Origin: Pseudomonadota bacterium
GTDB lineage: Bacteria > Pseudomonadota > Alphaproteobacteria > Sphingomonadales > Sphingomonadaceae
Reading direction: 5' to 3'
DNA: 64,000 bases
Assembly: GCA_040390365.1 (NCBI GenBank)
Contig: JAZJYM010000001.1
Span: 1,291 to 65,290 of the forward strand
The notes below the pieces were generated by a model. That model did not search any database. It was given only the letters and a program-made list of their open reading frames with translations, and was not told the DNA's origin. Shown one piece after another: positions 37,740-49,500 of the stretch; positions within the stretch are counted from its first letter, which is position 1; each line of letters opens with the position of its first letter. Both the position numbers and the translations under genes were made by a program.

Positions 37740-38684
37740 CTAGGCGACCGGTTCGGGCTTGGCGGTTCCGGCGGCGGCAGCGACTTCCGCCGCGAAGTCG
37801 CTGTCCTTTTTCTCAATGCCTTCGCCAAGCTGGAAGCGCTTGAAGGCTTTCAGCTCGATGGTCGCTCCGGAATCCTTGGCCGCGGCGGCGACGACGTCGG
37901 CGACCGGGGTCTTGTTGTCCATCACGAACAGCTGCGACAGAAGCGCGTTTTCCTTCTTGAACTTGGCCATCGTGCCATCGACCATCTTGCTGATGATCTC
38001 GGCCGGCTTGCCGCTTTCATTGGCCTTGTCGGTGGCGATCGAGCGTTCGCGCGCAAGCAGGTCCTGGTCGAGGCCCTCGGCGTCGAGCGCCAGCGGATTG
38101 GCGGCTGCAATGTGCATCGCAATCTGCTTGCCCAGTGCCGCCAGCGTGTCGGCCGGAGCGGAACCTTCGAGTGCGACGAGGACGCCGATCTTGCCCATGT
38201 TGGGGGCTGCGGCATTGTGGACGTAGCTGACCACCGCGCCCTGGCCGACTTCGAGCGTCGCGGCGCGGCGCAGCGACTGATTCTCGCCAATGGTTGCAAT
38301 ATTGTCGGTGAGCTTCTCCTCGACCGTTCCGCCCGAAGGATAAGCCGCGGACTTGAGCGCCTCGATATCGTCGCCGGTCGCCAGAGCGATCTGCGAGACT
38401 TCACGCACAAACTCCTGGAACTGCTCGTTCTTGCCAACGAAATCGGTTTCCGAATTGACTTCGACGAGCGCGCCCTTGGTGCCCGAAACGGCAACCCCGA
38501 CAAGCCCTTCGGCGGCGGTACGACCGGCCTTTTTGGCTGCGGCCGACAGGCCTTTGGCGCGCAACCAGTCGATCGCGACCTCCATATTGCCGCCGGTTTC
38601 GCCGAGCGCCTTCTTGCAATCCATCATCCCGGCGCCGGTGCGCTCGCGGAGTTCCTTCACCGTTGAGGCGGTGATCTCGGTCAT
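37740..38684 (-). CDS. tsf: Elongation factor Ts
   Basis: Motifs [19 protein letters not shown] and NSETDFV. Confidence 0.98.
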   Translation of the reverse strand: MTEITASTVKELRERTGAGMMDCKKALGETGGNMEVAIDWLRAKGLSAAAKKAGRTAAEGLVGVAVSGTKGALVEVNSETDFVGKNEQFQEFVREVSQIALATGDDIEALKSAAYPSGGTVEEKLTDNIATIGENQSLRRAATLEVGQGAVVSYVHNAAAPNMGKIGVLVALEGSAPADTLAALGKQIAMHIAAANPLALDAEGLDQDLLARERSIATDKANESGKPAEIISKMVDGTMAKFKKENALLSQLFVMDNKTPVADVVAAAAKDSGATIELKAFKRFQLGEGIEKKDSDFAAEVAAAAGTAKPEPVA

Positions 38685-38700
38685 GTCATTGTCCTTCTTG

Positions 38701-38803
38701 CTCCCCTCCCGCCTCGCGGGAGGGGTTGGGGGTGGGAATGTGGGGGGCTGGAGCCAGGAAACCAGGCCCACCCCTCGATCCCCTCCCGCGCGACGGGAGG
38801 GGA
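38701..38803. repeat. REP-like palindromic element (CCCCTCCCGC..GCGGGAGGGG type)
   Basis: Two CCCCTCCCG..CGGGAGGGG hairpins with complementary GGGGGTGGG/CCCACCCC inner arms, in the rpsB-tsf spacer. Confidence 0.85.
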
Positions 38804-38808
38804 GGTAC

Positions 38809-39564
38809 TTACGCCTCGAGCGCGACCTCGACCGGCGGTTCGACCATTGCGCCGACATCCTGACCGCGGGCCTGGGCATTGCCGGACTTGCCTTCGCTGA
38901 CCGCATTGGCAATCGCTTCGCAATACAGGCGGATGGCGCGGCTGGCGTCGTCATTGCCCGGAACCGGGAACGCGATTCCGCTCGGGTCGCTGTTCGAATC
39001 GAGGACGGCAACGACTGGAATGCCAAGCACATTGGCTTCCTTGATCGCGAGCTCTTCCTTGTTGGTGTCGACCACGAACATCACGTCGGGCAGGCCGCCG
39101 AGATCGCGGATTCCGCCAAGGCTCTTTTCGAGCTTGTCGCGTTCGCGAGTCAGCTGGAGCACTTCCTTCTTGGTCAGGCCGGCGGTGTCGCCGCCGAGCT
39201 GCTCTTCGAGGCTCTTGAGGCGCTTGATCGAATTGGAAATGGTCTTCCAGTTGGTCAGCATTCCGCCGAGCCAGCGATGGTTGACGAAATGCTGGCCCGA
39301 TTGAAGCGCAGCATCGGCAACCGCGTCCTGCGCCTGGCGCTTGGTCCCGACGAACAGCACCTTGCCGCCACGCGCGACGGTCGACTGGACGAAATCGAGG
39401 GCGCGCGCGAACAGCGGCACCGACTGCGACAGATCGATGATGTGCACCCCATTGCGATCGCCGAAAATATACGGCTTCATCTTGGGGTTCCAACGGTGGG
39501 TCTGGTGGCCGAAATGCGCTCCGGCCTCAAGCAATTGCTGCATCGTGACGACAGTGGTCGCCAT
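38809..39564 (-). CDS. rpsB: 30S ribosomal protein S2
   Basis: Motifs [19 protein letters not shown] and [10 protein letters not shown]. Confidence 0.99.
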   Translation of the reverse strand: MATTVVTMQQLLEAGAHFGHQTHRWNPKMKPYIFGDRNGVHIIDLSQSVPLFARALDFVQSTVARGGKVLFVGTKRQAQDAVADAALQSGQHFVNHRWLGGMLTNWKTISNSIKRLKSLEEQLGGDTAGLTKKEVLQLTRERDKLEKSLGGIRDLGGLPDVMFVVDTNKEELAIKEANVLGIPVVAVLDSNSDPSGIAFPVPGNDDASRAIRLYCEAIANAVSEGKSGNAQARGQDVGAMVEPPVEVALEA

Positions 39565-39570
39565 AATCAT

Positions 39571-39650
39571 TCTCCTTCCGGTTTTTCCTCGATGGAGCCA
39601 GTCACCGACCAAAGGTCAGCACCGGTATGGCGGCTCCATCTGCGAGATGG
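39571..39650 (-). promoter_or_regulatory. Putative rpsB leader (S2 autoregulatory structure)
   Basis: GGAGCC...GGCTCC stem upstream of the AAGGAG RBS. Leader-mediated rpsB control is established in proteobacteria; the structure here was not verified. Confidence 0.3.
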
Positions 39651-39771
39651 CCGGGCCACTAGCCTAAGGAGCGAGGCATTTCAAGGGTTTGTGTCGGGGG
39701 AAACGAAAGCGCTTGACTTGTGCGGAACAAAGCAAGAACATGCCTCCTCAAACAGGCCCGGCTCCCAAATT

Positions 39772-39796
39772 GGAACGAAACAGGTCCGAATGGGTT
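39772..39796 (+). promoter_or_regulatory. EcfG/sigmaT-type promoter candidate
   Basis: GGAAC-N16-GGTT, 26 nt upstream of the small ORF at 39823. Confidence 0.5.
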
Positions 39797-39822
39797 TTAG
39801 CCTCAGCAGAAGGACGAAAACG

Positions 39823-40041
39823 ATGACCGCAGCACTCGCCACCCTGGTCTTCCTCACCACTTTGTGGATGCTGACGGTGATCGGCGCCAAGGTGCTTGAA
39901 CAAAGCGGTACGAAAATTGCTGCCGCCCTCAAGGGTCAATTGATGGAGCCGGTCATGCGCACTTCGCCGCAGCGCCTACGCCACCCCGAGCGTGAGCGCA
40001 CCGCCTATCGCGCTACGCCGCGTCTGCGCGCTGCTGCCTGA
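39823..40041 (+). CDS. 72-aa small membrane protein ending LRAAA
   Basis: AGGA RBS; N-terminal TM helix ALATLVFLTTLWMLTVIG; basic C-terminus. Confidence 0.7.
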   Translation: MTAALATLVFLTTLWMLTVIGAKVLEQSGTKIAAALKGQLMEPVMRTSPQRLRHPERERTAYRATPRLRAAA

Positions 40042-40771
40042 CCCGCGCATAACTGGCGACGCTGAACGGAAGCAGGGCCAGATAGAGCACTGATATTCCC
40101 AATAATGTGAACCACGGGACGGTTACCAGCGCCGCCCCGAGCAAGCCAATTCCAGCGATCGCCAATAGCCGTATCGACTGCGGCACGCGGATGCTGGTCC
40201 AGCTGAACGTCGCGACATTGGAAATCATCAGTGCTGCGACAAACAGCACCCACGGCATGACCAATGTCCAGTCCCGGAATAAGGGATTGTCGGTGATCAG
40301 CCACAGATAGACCGGGACGAAGGCGAGGCCGGCGCCGACGGGCGCCGGAACACCGGTATTGAAGCCCGCCGATTTATGCGGTTGTTCGTCGATATCGATG
40401 CGCGAATTGAACCGCGCCAGCCGCAGCGCGCAGCTGACAGCGAGCGCAAGCGCCGCAATCCAGCCGAACTTGGGAGCTTCCTGGAGCGACCACAAATAGA
40501 GGATCAGCGCGGGTGAAGTCCCGAAGGCGATATTGTCGCTCAAACTATCGAGCTCGGCCCCGAACCGGCTTTGTGCACGAAGCATTCGCGCGATCCGTCC
40601 GTCCATGCCGTCGAGCACACCGGCCAGGATGATCGCGGCCAGGGCCTTGTCCCATTCCCCGCCGATGGCAAAGCGGACGCCCGACAGGCCGAAGCTCAGG
40701 GCCATTGCCGTTACCGCATTGGGGATCAACGCCCGGAACGGGATTACCCGGCCCGGTGCCGGATCGCTCAC
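40013..40771 (-). CDS. pssA: CDP-diacylglycerol-serine O-phosphatidyltransferase
   Basis: CDP-alcohol motif [18 protein letters not shown]. Confidence 0.95.
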   Translation of the reverse strand: MSDPAPGRVIPFRALIPNAVTAMALSFGLSGVRFAIGGEWDKALAAIILAGVLDGMDGRIARMLRAQSRFGAELDSLSDNIAFGTSPALILYLWSLQEAPKFGWIAALALAVSCALRLARFNSRIDIDEQPHKSAGFNTGVPAPVGAGLAFVPVYLWLITDNPLFRDWTLVMPWVLFVAALMISNVATFSWTSIRVPQSIRLLAIAGIGLLGAALVTVPWFTLLGISVLYLALLPFSVASYARVRQQRADAA

Positions 40772-41523
40772 TGGCTGCTTCCGGTCAGCCGGGCGTCGGC
40801 GCCGACTTCGCCGATGATCGTCTCGCCAGCGATCGACCGTTGCCCGGGCAGCACCCGCGGCGCGGTGCCGGCCGGCAGATAGACATCGACCCGGCTGCCG
40901 AAGCGGATCAGCCCGACGCGCTGGCCAGCCTCGACCGAATCGCCTTCCTTGACGAACGCCATGATCCGCCGGGCGACGAGGCCCGCGATCTGGGTGAAAC
41001 CGATCCGCAGGCCGTCGGCACCCTCGACCAGGAAATGTTGCCGCTCATTGTCTTCGCTGGCCTTGTCGAGATCGGCATTGAGGAATTTGCCCGGAACATA
41101 GGCCATGCGCTTGATCCGCCCGGCGATGGGCGAGCGATTGATGTGCACATCGAACACGCTCATGAAAATCGACACCCTTGTGTAGGTCCCCTCGGCCAGC
41201 CCGTCGGCTCCGCGTAATTCGGGCGGCGGCGGGACCTGCGAAATCAGCGTGATGAGCCCGTCGGCCGGGGCAATGATCAACTTGTCGCCGCGCGGCGTGG
41301 TGCGGATCGGATCGCGAAAGAAGGCCGCGACCCAGATCGTGAGCAGGATCAGCAGCCAGCCGACGAAATGGCTCGCCACCCAATAGACCGCAAGCGCGAT
41401 GAACGCCGCTCCGACGACGAACTTGCGGCCTTCGGGATGGACTGACGGGAAGCGCCACTTGACGGTCGGGGTGACGCTGAGCGCGCCGGGCATATCGGGG
41501 GTGGGTTGGGGAGGTTGGGCCAT
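40768..41523 (-). CDS. psd: Phosphatidylserine decarboxylase proenzyme
   Basis: Motifs [14 protein letters not shown] and [10 protein letters not shown] (GS cleavage site). Confidence 0.96.
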   Translation of the reverse strand: MAQPPQPTPDMPGALSVTPTVKWRFPSVHPEGRKFVVGAAFIALAVYWVASHFVGWLLILLTIWVAAFFRDPIRTTPRGDKLIIAPADGLITLISQVPPPPELRGADGLAEGTYTRVSIFMSVFDVHINRSPIAGRIKRMAYVPGKFLNADLDKASEDNERQHFLVEGADGLRIGFTQIAGLVARRIMAFVKEGDSVEAGQRVGLIRFGSRVDVYLPAGTAPRVLPGQRSIAGETIIGEVGADARLTGSSQ

Positions 41524-41608
41524 GGCCCTCCCCTTAATGCCCGCCCTTGCCGCGCACAACGCTGCATCCTAAGGCCGCATCCAAATTCGGACTGAAGCAG
41601 GGAAAATC

Positions 41609-42838
41609 ATGGCCAAGATCAAGGTGAAGAACCCGGTCGTCGAGCTTGACGGCGACGAGATGACGCGGATCATCTGGCAATGGATTCGCGAGCGGCTGAT
41701 CCTGCCTTATCTCGACATCGACCTGATCTATTACGACCTTGGCGTCGAACATCGCGACGCGACCGACGACAAAGTCACGGTCGAGGCCGCCAATGCCATC
41801 GCCGAACATGGCGTTGGCGTGAAATGCGCGACCATCACCCCCGACGAGCAACGGGTCGAGGAATTCAAGCTCAAGAAAATGTGGAAGTCGCCCAACGGCA
41901 CCATCCGCAACATCCTTGGCGGAGTGGTCTTTCGCGAGCCGATCGTAATCGACAACATCCCGCGGCTGATCCCGGGCTGGACCGACCCCATCGTCGTCGC
42001 CCGCCACGCCTTTGCCGACCAGTATAAGGCAACCGATTTCCGCGTTCCCGGCCCCGGCAAGCTGACCATGAAGTGGGTCGGCAAGGACGGGCAGGAACTC
42101 GAATATGAAGTGTTCGATTATCCAAGCTCGGGCGTCGCCATGGGCATGTACAACCTCGACAGCAGCATCCGCGACTTCGCCCACGCCTGTTTCAACTATG
42201 GCATCAACCGCAAATGGCCGGTCTATCTGTCGACCAAGAACACCATCCTCAAGGCCTACGATGGGACGTTCAAGGACACGTTTCAGGAAATTTATGAACG
42301 TGATTACAAGGCGAAGTTCGAAGCTCTTGGGATCGAATATCAGCATCGCCTGATCGACGACATGGTTGCCTCCGCGCTCAAATGGAGCGGCAAATTCATC
42401 TGGGCCTGCAAGAATTATGACGGCGACGTCCAGTCGGACCAGGTCGCCCAGGGCTTCGGCTCGCTCGGTCTGATGACGTCAGTCCTCACCACCCCCGACG
42501 GCAAGACGGTCGAGGCCGAGGCCGCTCACGGAACCGTCACCCGCCATTACCGCCAGCACCAGGCCGGCAAGGCGACCTCGACCAACCCGATCGCCTCGAT
42601 TTTCGCCTGGACCGGCGGCCTCAAATATCGCGGCAAGTTCGACGATACGCCCGATGTCGTGAAATTCGCGCAAACGCTTGAAAAGGTCTGCATCCAGACC
42701 GTCGAGAGCGGCAAGATGACCAAGGATCTCGCGATCCTCGTCGGCCCCGAACAGGCGTGGATGACGACCGAGCAATTCTTCGACGCCATCGCCAAGAACC
42801 TCGAAGCAGCAATGGCGGCCGAGGGCATTGGCGCCTAG
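41609..42838 (+). CDS. icd: NADP-dependent isocitrate dehydrogenase
   Basis: Motifs [27 protein letters not shown] and [11 protein letters not shown]. Confidence 0.98.
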   Translation: MAKIKVKNPVVELDGDEMTRIIWQWIRERLILPYLDIDLIYYDLGVEHRDATDDKVTVEAANAIAEHGVGVKCATITPDEQRVEEFKLKKMWKSPNGTIRNILGGVVFREPIVIDNIPRLIPGWTDPIVVARHAFADQYKATDFRVPGPGKLTMKWVGKDGQELEYEVFDYPSSGVAMGMYNLDSSIRDFAHACFNYGINRKWPVYLSTKNTILKAYDGTFKDTFQEIYERDYKAKFEALGIEYQHRLIDDMVASALKWSGKFIWACKNYDGDVQSDQVAQGFGSLGLMTSVLTTPDGKTVEAEAAHGTVTRHYRQHQAGKATSTNPIASIFAWTGGLKYRGKFDDTPDVVKFAQTLEKVCIQTVESGKMTKDLAILVGPEQAWMTTEQFFDAIAKNLEAAMAAEGIGA

Positions 42839-44061
42839 GCGCGCGGCGATTTCACCCGCTCGCGCCGGACTCCAAGCCCGATGATCCGGCCCGGAATCCG
42901 ACGCAGTAATGGATAGCGGTCGAGCAGCCGGACAAACCACGGCACGCGCACCTCGCCGCCGCCAAGCACCGCGCCGATGATATTGTCCTGCGCCGCCTTC
43001 TGCCCGGCCTGAATGACCCGCGTCGGAAAAAGCCGGCGCTTCTGCACCCGGTACAGCAACCGATCCACCTCTTGCGCCTGCATTCCGGGCCGCGCCAGCG
43101 GTCCAGCGAGCGCATTGGCGGCGGCGACCGCGTCCTGGATGGCAAGGTTGATGCCAATGCCGCCGATCGGGCTCATCGCATGGGCCGCGTCGCCAATCGC
43201 CAACAGTCCCGGGCGCGACCAGCAACTCAGCCGGTCGAGCGCCACGCTGAGCAAGCGGACCTCATCGTCGCTCTGCGGGAATCCACCGCTCAGATCGACG
43301 TCGGGAAAGGCTTTTCCGACCTGGTCCCGCAACCATTCCAGGCCCCTGCCCCGAATGTCGCGCTCGGCACCTTTGGGAATGAGGTAGGCCGCCTGCCAAT
43401 AATCGTCGCGATCGATGAGCACGACCATCCGCCCGGGATCGATCGAGCCGCGAATGGCATCGCCGCCGCCATCATGCTTGGGCAATTGGAACCACAATAC
43501 GTCCATCGGTGCGCCGAGCACCTCAACCGGAAGCATGTCGCGCGTTCGCACCAGCGACGAACGCCCGTCGGCCGCGATGACCAGCTTGCCGGCCCGCTCC
43601 TCGCGGCCCGATTCATAGCGTACGCCGACCACCCGATCCTTGACTGACACGAAATCCACGACCGGTTCGTCCATCGCCAGTGAAAAGGCCGGCAAATTGC
43701 GGGCTTCCTGACGCAGGAAATCGAGGAATTCCCATTGCGGCATCATCGCGATGAACGGCGCCGGAGTATCGAGGTGCGACAGATCGCCGATGGTCCAGTC
43801 GCGCCCGCCAATCCGGATCCGCGCCGACGTCACCCGGTTGTGCGGGCGTGATAGAAATCGCCCCAGAAGACCGAGCTGGGAAAGGATTTCCATGGTCGAG
43901 GGGTGGACGGTATCGCCGCGGAAATCGCGGAAGAAATCGCCGTGCTTTTCGATCACCTTGGTCGCCACGCCGGCGCGCGCGAACAAATAGCCCGCCAACA
44001 TCCCCGCGGGGCCGCCGCCAACGATCAGCACGTCGTTCCGTGACGTCATGACGCCGGTCAT
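42835..44061 (-). CDS. FAD-dependent oxidoreductase/monooxygenase (UbiH/PheA-like fold)
   Basis: Motifs [21 protein letters not shown] and [22 protein letters not shown]; start uncertain (44049-44085). Confidence 0.9.
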   Translation of the reverse strand: MTGVMTSRNDVLIVGGGPAGMLAGYLFARAGVATKVIEKHGDFFRDFRGDTVHPSTMEILSQLGLLGRFLSRPHNRVTSARIRIGGRDWTIGDLSHLDTPAPFIAMMPQWEFLDFLRQEARNLPAFSLAMDEPVVDFVSVKDRVVGVRYESGREERAGKLVIAADGRSSLVRTRDMLPVEVLGAPMDVLWFQLPKHDGGGDAIRGSIDPGRMVVLIDRDDYWQAAYLIPKGAERDIRGRGLEWLRDQVGKAFPDVDLSGGFPQSDDEVRLLSVALDRLSCWSRPGLLAIGDAAHAMSPIGGIGINLAIQDAVAAANALAGPLARPGMQAQEVDRLLYRVQKRRLFPTRVIQAGQKAAQDNIIGAVLGGGEVRVPWFVRLLDRYPLLRRIPGRIIGLGVRRERVKSPRA

Positions 44062-44125
44062 GCCCAACAGCTGGTCGAGCGTCAAACCCGTGGCGGGGCC
44101 ATCGGCGCCGCGCTAGGGTCCGGAT

Positions 44126-45892
44126 ATGGTCGCTCCTGTCTCGATCGAAAGCTCGGGCTTTTCCGACGCGCTCACCATCCTCGGCGCTGCGGGAATCGTC
44201 ATCCCGACCTTCGCGCGCCTTCGCATCACCCCCGTCATCGGCTTCATCCTGGTCGGGATTATCGCCGGTCCGTTCATGCTCGGCGCACTGGCCGATAGCC
44301 GGCCGTGGCTCGAAACTTTCTCGATCAGCGACCCGCAGTCGATCGAGCCGTTCGCCGAGCTTGGCATAATCCTGGTCCTGTTTTCGGCCGGGCTCCACAT
44401 CAGCTTCCGGCGCCTGAAATCGATGCGCAAGGCGGTCTTCGGGATCGGCAGCGCCGAATTGCTCGGCTGTGCGGCGTTGATTGCGATCGGCTTGATCATC
44501 GCCGACTGGCCAACCCAGAGCGCGATCGCGGTCGGTCTTGCACTGGCCTTGTCCTCGACCGCGCTGGTGCTTCCTATTTCCGGCACTGACGGGCCGGTGG
44601 GCAAAAATGCCTTTGCGATGCTGCTGTTCGAGGATTTGGCGCTGGTGCCGATGCTGTTCGCGGTCGAATTGCTTGGCGGACATGCGGATTCGGGCGATTT
44701 CCTGCGCACCGCCGTGCTCGGGGTGGCGGTGGTTGCGGCGATGCTGGTGGTTGGACGGTTGGTGCTTCCGATCCTGTTCGCCCAGGCAGCGCGGACCAAG
44801 AACCCCGAACTGTTTCTCGCGATCAGCCTGCTCACGGTCATTCTTGCCGCTTTGGCGACCAATGGCGCCGGCCTGTCTCCGATCCTTGGCGCACTGATCG
44901 CCGGAATCCTCATCGGCGAAACCGATTATCACAGCGAGGTTGAAGCGATCACCGCGCCATTGGCGGGTCTTGCGCTGGGGATTTTCCTGATCACCGTCGG
45001 CATGCGGATCGATATCGCGGCATTGTGGACCAACTGGCCCGATGTCCTCCTCGCGGTTGCTGGCGTGCTCGGAGCGAAGGCGGTCATCACCACCTTGTTA
45101 TTGCGCTCGACGGGGGTCCGGCCCGGCGCCGCGGTCGAAACCGGCTTGATGCTTGCGAGCCCGTCGGAGACCAGCCTGATTGTCCTCGCCGCCGCCGCCA
45201 GTTCGGGCCTCCTCCGCTCGGAAACCGCCGCTTTCTGGACCACGGTGACCGCGCTTGGCCTGACCATCACGCCGATTCTGGCGAGCATTGGTCGCCGCCT
45301 CTCCCGCCGGGTCGAAGGCCGGACCGCGCTTGTCACTGACGTCACTGCGGAGGGACGAATTGTCATTTTCGGCTTTGGCCGGGTTGGCCGGATCGTCGCC
45401 GACATGCTGGTCGAACATGATCGGCCCTATCTCGCGGTCGATAGCGACGCCGATTCGATCAAGGCCTCGCGCTCCGCCGGTTATGATGCGGTATATGGGG
45501 ATGTCGGACGGCCCGAACTCGGCGCTCGCCTCAAGCTCGGCCAGGCCGCGGCGCTGGTGCTGACCATGGATGATCCGGTGCTGGTCGCGCGGATCGCCAA
45601 ACGGATGCGATCGGCCTTCCCCGATTTGCCGATCATCGCCCGGGCCCGCGACACTGCCCATGCCGCGATGCTCTATCAGGCCGGAGTGACCGACGCGGTG
45701 CCCGAAACGCTCGAAGCCTCGCTTCAGCTGGCCGAAGCGGTGCTGGTCGATGTCGGTGTTCCAATGGGCCCGGTGATTGCGAGCATTCATGAGAAGCGCG
45801 CCGCGCAACGTGCTGAAATCATGGCCGACGGGCGGTTGGAAAATGAACCCACCTTGGGCCGGCGGCGACTGCGCGACGCGGGCTCGGCCTAA
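44126..45892 (+). CDS. CPA2 cation:proton antiporter with KTN domain (KefB/KefC-like)
   Basis: About 12 TM helices, LSST and LLFEDL motifs, C-terminal GFGRVG KTN domain. Confidence 0.92.
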   Translation: MVAPVSIESSGFSDALTILGAAGIVIPTFARLRITPVIGFILVGIIAGPFMLGALADSRPWLETFSISDPQSIEPFAELGIILVLFSAGLHISFRRLKSMRKAVFGIGSAELLGCAALIAIGLIIADWPTQSAIAVGLALALSSTALVLPISGTDGPVGKNAFAMLLFEDLALVPMLFAVELLGGHADSGDFLRTAVLGVAVVAAMLVVGRLVLPILFAQAARTKNPELFLAISLLTVILAALATNGAGLSPILGALIAGILIGETDYHSEVEAITAPLAGLALGIFLITVGMRIDIAALWTNWPDVLLAVAGVLGAKAVITTLLLRSTGVRPGAAVETGLMLASPSETSLIVLAAAASSGLLRSETAAFWTTVTALGLTITPILASIGRRLSRRVEGRTALVTDVTAEGRIVIFGFGRVGRIVADMLVEHDRPYLAVDSDADSIKASRSAGYDAVYGDVGRPELGARLKLGQAAALVLTMDDPVLVARIAKRMRSAFPDLPIIARARDTAHAAMLYQAGVTDAVPETLEASLQLAEAVLVDVGVPMGPVIASIHEKRAAQRAEIMADGRLENEPTLGRRRLRDAGSA

Positions 45893-48546
45893 GCGGCGAC
45901 CTTCGCCAGCGTTTCGCGCACGGCCTGCAGTGCAGCCTCGCCCTTATCGCCATCGGGACCGCCGCCCTGAGCGAGGTCGGGGCGGCCGCCGCCTCCCTGC
46001 CCGCCAAGCGCAGCGACCGCGGCCTTGACCAGATCGATCGCCGACACGCTGGCGGTGAGATCGTCGGTGACTCCGACTGCAACGCTGGCCCTGCCCTCAT
46101 TGACCGCAATCAGCGCGGCCACGCCCGATCCCAGGCGTTGCTTCATCGCATCGACCTCGGAGCGCAGGTTCTTGGGGTCGAGGCCCATGACGATCTGGCC
46201 GAGGAATGCGTGGCCGCCAATCGTTTCGGGTCCCGTTGCCTCTGACGCGGCGCTTCCGCCACCCATGGCCAGCGCCTTTTTCGCCTCGGCGAGTTCGCGC
46301 TCCAGTCTTTTGGAATTGTCGACCAGGGCCGCGATCCGCGCCGGCACTTCGTCGGGCGACGCCTTGAGGGTGGCGGCGACCTCGCGCAATTTGGAGTCGC
46401 GGGCGACCAGCCACAGGCGCGCCGCTTCTCCAGTCAGCGCCTCGATCCGCCGAACGCCCGAGCTGACCGCGCTTTCGGAGATGATCTTGAGGAGCTGGAT
46501 GTCACCCAAGGCTCGAACATGAGTTCCACCGCACAGCTCGACCGAATAATCCGCGTCCTCGCCGCGACCCATCGAAAGAACCCGCACTTCATCGCCATAT
46601 TTTTCGCCGAACAGCGCCATTGCTCCCGCCTCAATGGCGTCGTCGGGAGTCATCAGCCGGGTGGTCACCGGCTCGTTGTCGCGGATGTGGGCATTTACCT
46701 CGGCCTCGACCACTGCGATATCGTCAGGCGAAAGCGCGGAGGGGTGCGAGAAATCGAAGCGGAAGCGATCCTCTGCGACCAGGCTGCCCTTTTGCGTCAC
46801 ATGATCGCCGAGCCGGTGGCGCAATGCCGCATGAAGCAAGTGGGTCGCGCTGTGGTTGGCGCGGATCCGGTCGCGGCGTGCGCTGTCGACTAATTGATGG
46901 ACGCTTTCGCCGACCTGGATGCTGCCCTTGGCAACCTTGGTCAGGAGCGCGTGGAGTCGGCCAAGCGGCTTGGAGGTATCCTCAATTTCACCCACAAAAC
47001 CTTTGAGTGAGCTGAGTTTTCCGCTGTCTCCAATCTGTCCACCGCTTTCGGCATAGAAGGGCGTCTGGTTGAGCAACAGCCGGACGGTTTCGCCCTCTCC
47101 GGCTCGGTCGACAGGCTTGCCGTCCTTGACGATGGCCAGCACCACGCCCTCACCCTCGTCGCCCGAATAGCCGGTGAATTCGGTCGCGCCATGCTCCTCG
47201 GCAAGGTCGAACCACAAATCGTCCGACGCCTTGTCGCCCGAGCCCTTCCATGCCGCGCGGGCCATCGCTTTCTGTTCGGCCATCGCCGCATCGAAGCCGC
47301 CACGGTCGACCGCCATGCCGCGAGCGCGCAGCGCATCTTCGGTCAAATCATACGGGAAGCCGTAAGTGTCATAGAGCTTGAATGCCGTTTCCCCGGCCAA
47401 GATCCCGCCTGCGCCCATTCCCTCGGTCGCCTCGTCGAGCAGTTTGAGACCGTTTTCGAGCGTCCGGCGAAAGCGCGTCTCTTCCTGCAGCAGAGTCGCT
47501 TCAATCAGCGGCTGGGCACGGACCAGCTCGGGGTAAGCCGCGCCCATTTCGGCAACCAGCGCCGGGACCAGCCGCCACATCAGCGGCTCCTTGGCGCCAA
47601 GCAGATGAGCGTGGCGCATCGCCCGGCGCATGATCCGGCGAACGACATAGCCGCGCCCGTCATTGGCCGGCAGGACGCCGTCGGCGATGAGGAAGCCCGA
47701 TGCCCGCAAATGATCGGCGATGACCCGATGCGATGCCTGGTTCTCGCCCTCGGCCGTGGTCCCGGTCTGCTCCTCGCTGGCGTGGATCAGCGCCTTGAAC
47801 GTGTCGGTCTCGTAATTGTCATGCACTCCCTGAAGCACGGCGGCGATGCGTTCCAGGCCCATTCCGGTGTCGATCGAGGGTTTGGGCAAATCGGCAACGA
47901 TTTCGTCATTTTCCTGCAGATTCTGCATGAAAACGAGGTTCCAGATTTCGACGAAGCGGTCACCGTCTTCGTCCGGGCTGCCCGGCGGCCCGCCCGCAAT
48001 GTGGTCGCCGTGATCGTAGAAGATTTCCGAGCACGGACCGCACGGCCCGTCCGGACCCATCGCCCAGAAATTATCCTTGGTCGCGATCCGGATGATGCGC
48101 TCGGCGGGGAGGCCGGCGACCGACTGCCACAGATCGAACGCCTGATCGTCGGTGTGATAGACGGTGACCGTCAATCGATCGGCCGGAATCGCCCACTCCT
48201 TGGTCAGTAGGTCCCAGGCCAGGCGAATGGCCTCTTCCTTGAAATAATCGCCGAACGAGAAATTGCCCAGCATCTCAAAAAAAGTGTGGTGACGAGCGGT
48301 GTAGCCGACATTGTCGAGGTCATTGTGCTTGCCGCCGGCGCGGACGCATTTCTGGCTCGATGTCGCGGTTAGGTAGGGCCGCGTTTCAAGACCGGTGAAG
48401 ACGTTCTTGAACGGCACCATTCCGGCATTGACGAACATCAAGGTCGGGTCGTTGTGCGGCACCAAAGGCGCGGACCGCACCCGCGCATGTCCGGCCTTTT
48501 CGAAAAAGTCGAGGAAGGAACGGCGGATATCGTTGGTCGATCTCAT
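45889..48546 (-). CDS. alaS: Alanine-tRNA ligase
   Basis: Motifs [37 protein letters not shown] and [13 protein letters not shown]. Confidence 0.99.
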   Translation of the reverse strand: MRSTNDIRRSFLDFFEKAGHARVRSAPLVPHNDPTLMFVNAGMVPFKNVFTGLETRPYLTATSSQKCVRAGGKHNDLDNVGYTARHHTFFEMLGNFSFGDYFKEEAIRLAWDLLTKEWAIPADRLTVTVYHTDDQAFDLWQSVAGLPAERIIRIATKDNFWAMGPDGPCGPCSEIFYDHGDHIAGGPPGSPDEDGDRFVEIWNLVFMQNLQENDEIVADLPKPSIDTGMGLERIAAVLQGVHDNYETDTFKALIHASEEQTGTTAEGENQASHRVIADHLRASGFLIADGVLPANDGRGYVVRRIMRRAMRHAHLLGAKEPLMWRLVPALVAEMGAAYPELVRAQPLIEATLLQEETRFRRTLENGLKLLDEATEGMGAGGILAGETAFKLYDTYGFPYDLTEDALRARGMAVDRGGFDAAMAEQKAMARAAWKGSGDKASDDLWFDLAEEHGATEFTGYSGDEGEGVVLAIVKDGKPVDRAGEGETVRLLLNQTPFYAESGGQIGDSGKLSSLKGFVGEIEDTSKPLGRLHALLTKVAKGSIQVGESVHQLVDSARRDRIRANHSATHLLHAALRHRLGDHVTQKGSLVAEDRFRFDFSHPSALSPDDIAVVEAEVNAHIRDNEPVTTRLMTPDDAIEAGAMALFGEKYGDEVRVLSMGRGEDADYSVELCGGTHVRALGDIQLLKIISESAVSSGVRRIEALTGEAARLWLVARDSKLREVAATLKASPDEVPARIAALVDNSKRLERELAEAKKALAMGGGSAASEATGPETIGGHAFLGQIVMGLDPKNLRSEVDAMKQRLGSGVAALIAVNEGRASVAVGVTDDLTASVSAIDLVKAAVAALGGQGGGGRPDLAQGGGPDGDKGEAALQAVRETLAKVAA

Positions 48547-48655
48547 GGCGAGGCGATGTAAATGCGATGCTGCGCTGCGGCAAGGACCGCGCCTTTGCGT
48601 GGCGCTGCCTTTTGGCTAGTCTTCACATTCGTGAGCGGCAGGGAAGCGAACAACG

Positions 48656-49465
48656 GTGAAACAATATCTTTCCGGCGTATTTCGGGTCGTGAACTTCAAG
48701 AGCTTCTTTATCGCGGCCCTTGCGGTCGTCTCGACCTGGCTCTGCCTGCGGCTGGGCATCAAGGCCAATTTCCCGCTTACGATCGTCGCGACAGCCATCG
48801 TGTTCCCGCTCGTTTTCTCGATCAACACTGCATATAACCGGCGTGAAAAATCTCTGGAGGAATATGGTGCGCTCAAAGCCAATGGCCGAGCACTCTATCT
48901 CGCCTCGCGCGATTGGACGGGCAAGGACGCGGCCCGGGACGGGGAAATTCGGACTGCGCTGATGCAGCTCTTTTCCTCGTGCCGCGATATGGTGACCAGC
49001 CCTTTGAGCGAGCGCGACCCGCACGAAGCGACTGTGATGCAAGCGTTTTCTCGCCTCTCCCTGGTGGTCGAGCACCTCCGCAAAAGTGGGCTTTCGGCGA
49101 CGGAATGTTCGCGCTGCAACCAGTATCTGGCGCGGATGATGATGGCCTTCGAGACCATCAAGCACATTCACAAATATCGCACGCCGCGGACGCTTCGCGC
49201 GTTCAGCGACTTCTTCATCCTCATTCTGCCGGTCATCTATGCGCCCTATTTCGCTTATCTGTCCGAAGGCCTGAGCCCGGCGCTGTTTTTTGTCATGCCG
49301 ATCCTGTTTGCGCTGATCTTCACCGGCCTGGCGAACATCCAGGATGATCTTGAAGATCCATTCGACCAGATCGGGAAGGATGATGTGGCGATTGATCCCG
49401 ATCGCTATCTTGCAAGCCTCGATTTGCTCAACGCGAAGCCTGGTTCGAAGGCAAAGGCGCGGTGA
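48656..49465 (+). CDS. Bestrophin-like (YneE-like) membrane protein
   Basis: Four TM helices, FSINTAYNRRE, and an acidic LEDPFDQIGKDD motif resembling the bestrophin Ca-clasp. Confidence 0.65.
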   Translation: MKQYLSGVFRVVNFKSFFIAALAVVSTWLCLRLGIKANFPLTIVATAIVFPLVFSINTAYNRREKSLEEYGALKANGRALYLASRDWTGKDAARDGEIRTALMQLFSSCRDMVTSPLSERDPHEATVMQAFSRLSLVVEHLRKSGLSATECSRCNQYLARMMMAFETIKHIHKYRTPRTLRAFSDFFILILPVIYAPYFAYLSEGLSPALFFVMPILFALIFTGLANIQDDLEDPFDQIGKDDVAIDPDRYLASLDLLNAKPGSKAKAR

Positions 49466-49500
49466 TTGAAGCACTGCCTTCACCGCGCTAGGCGCTGACA

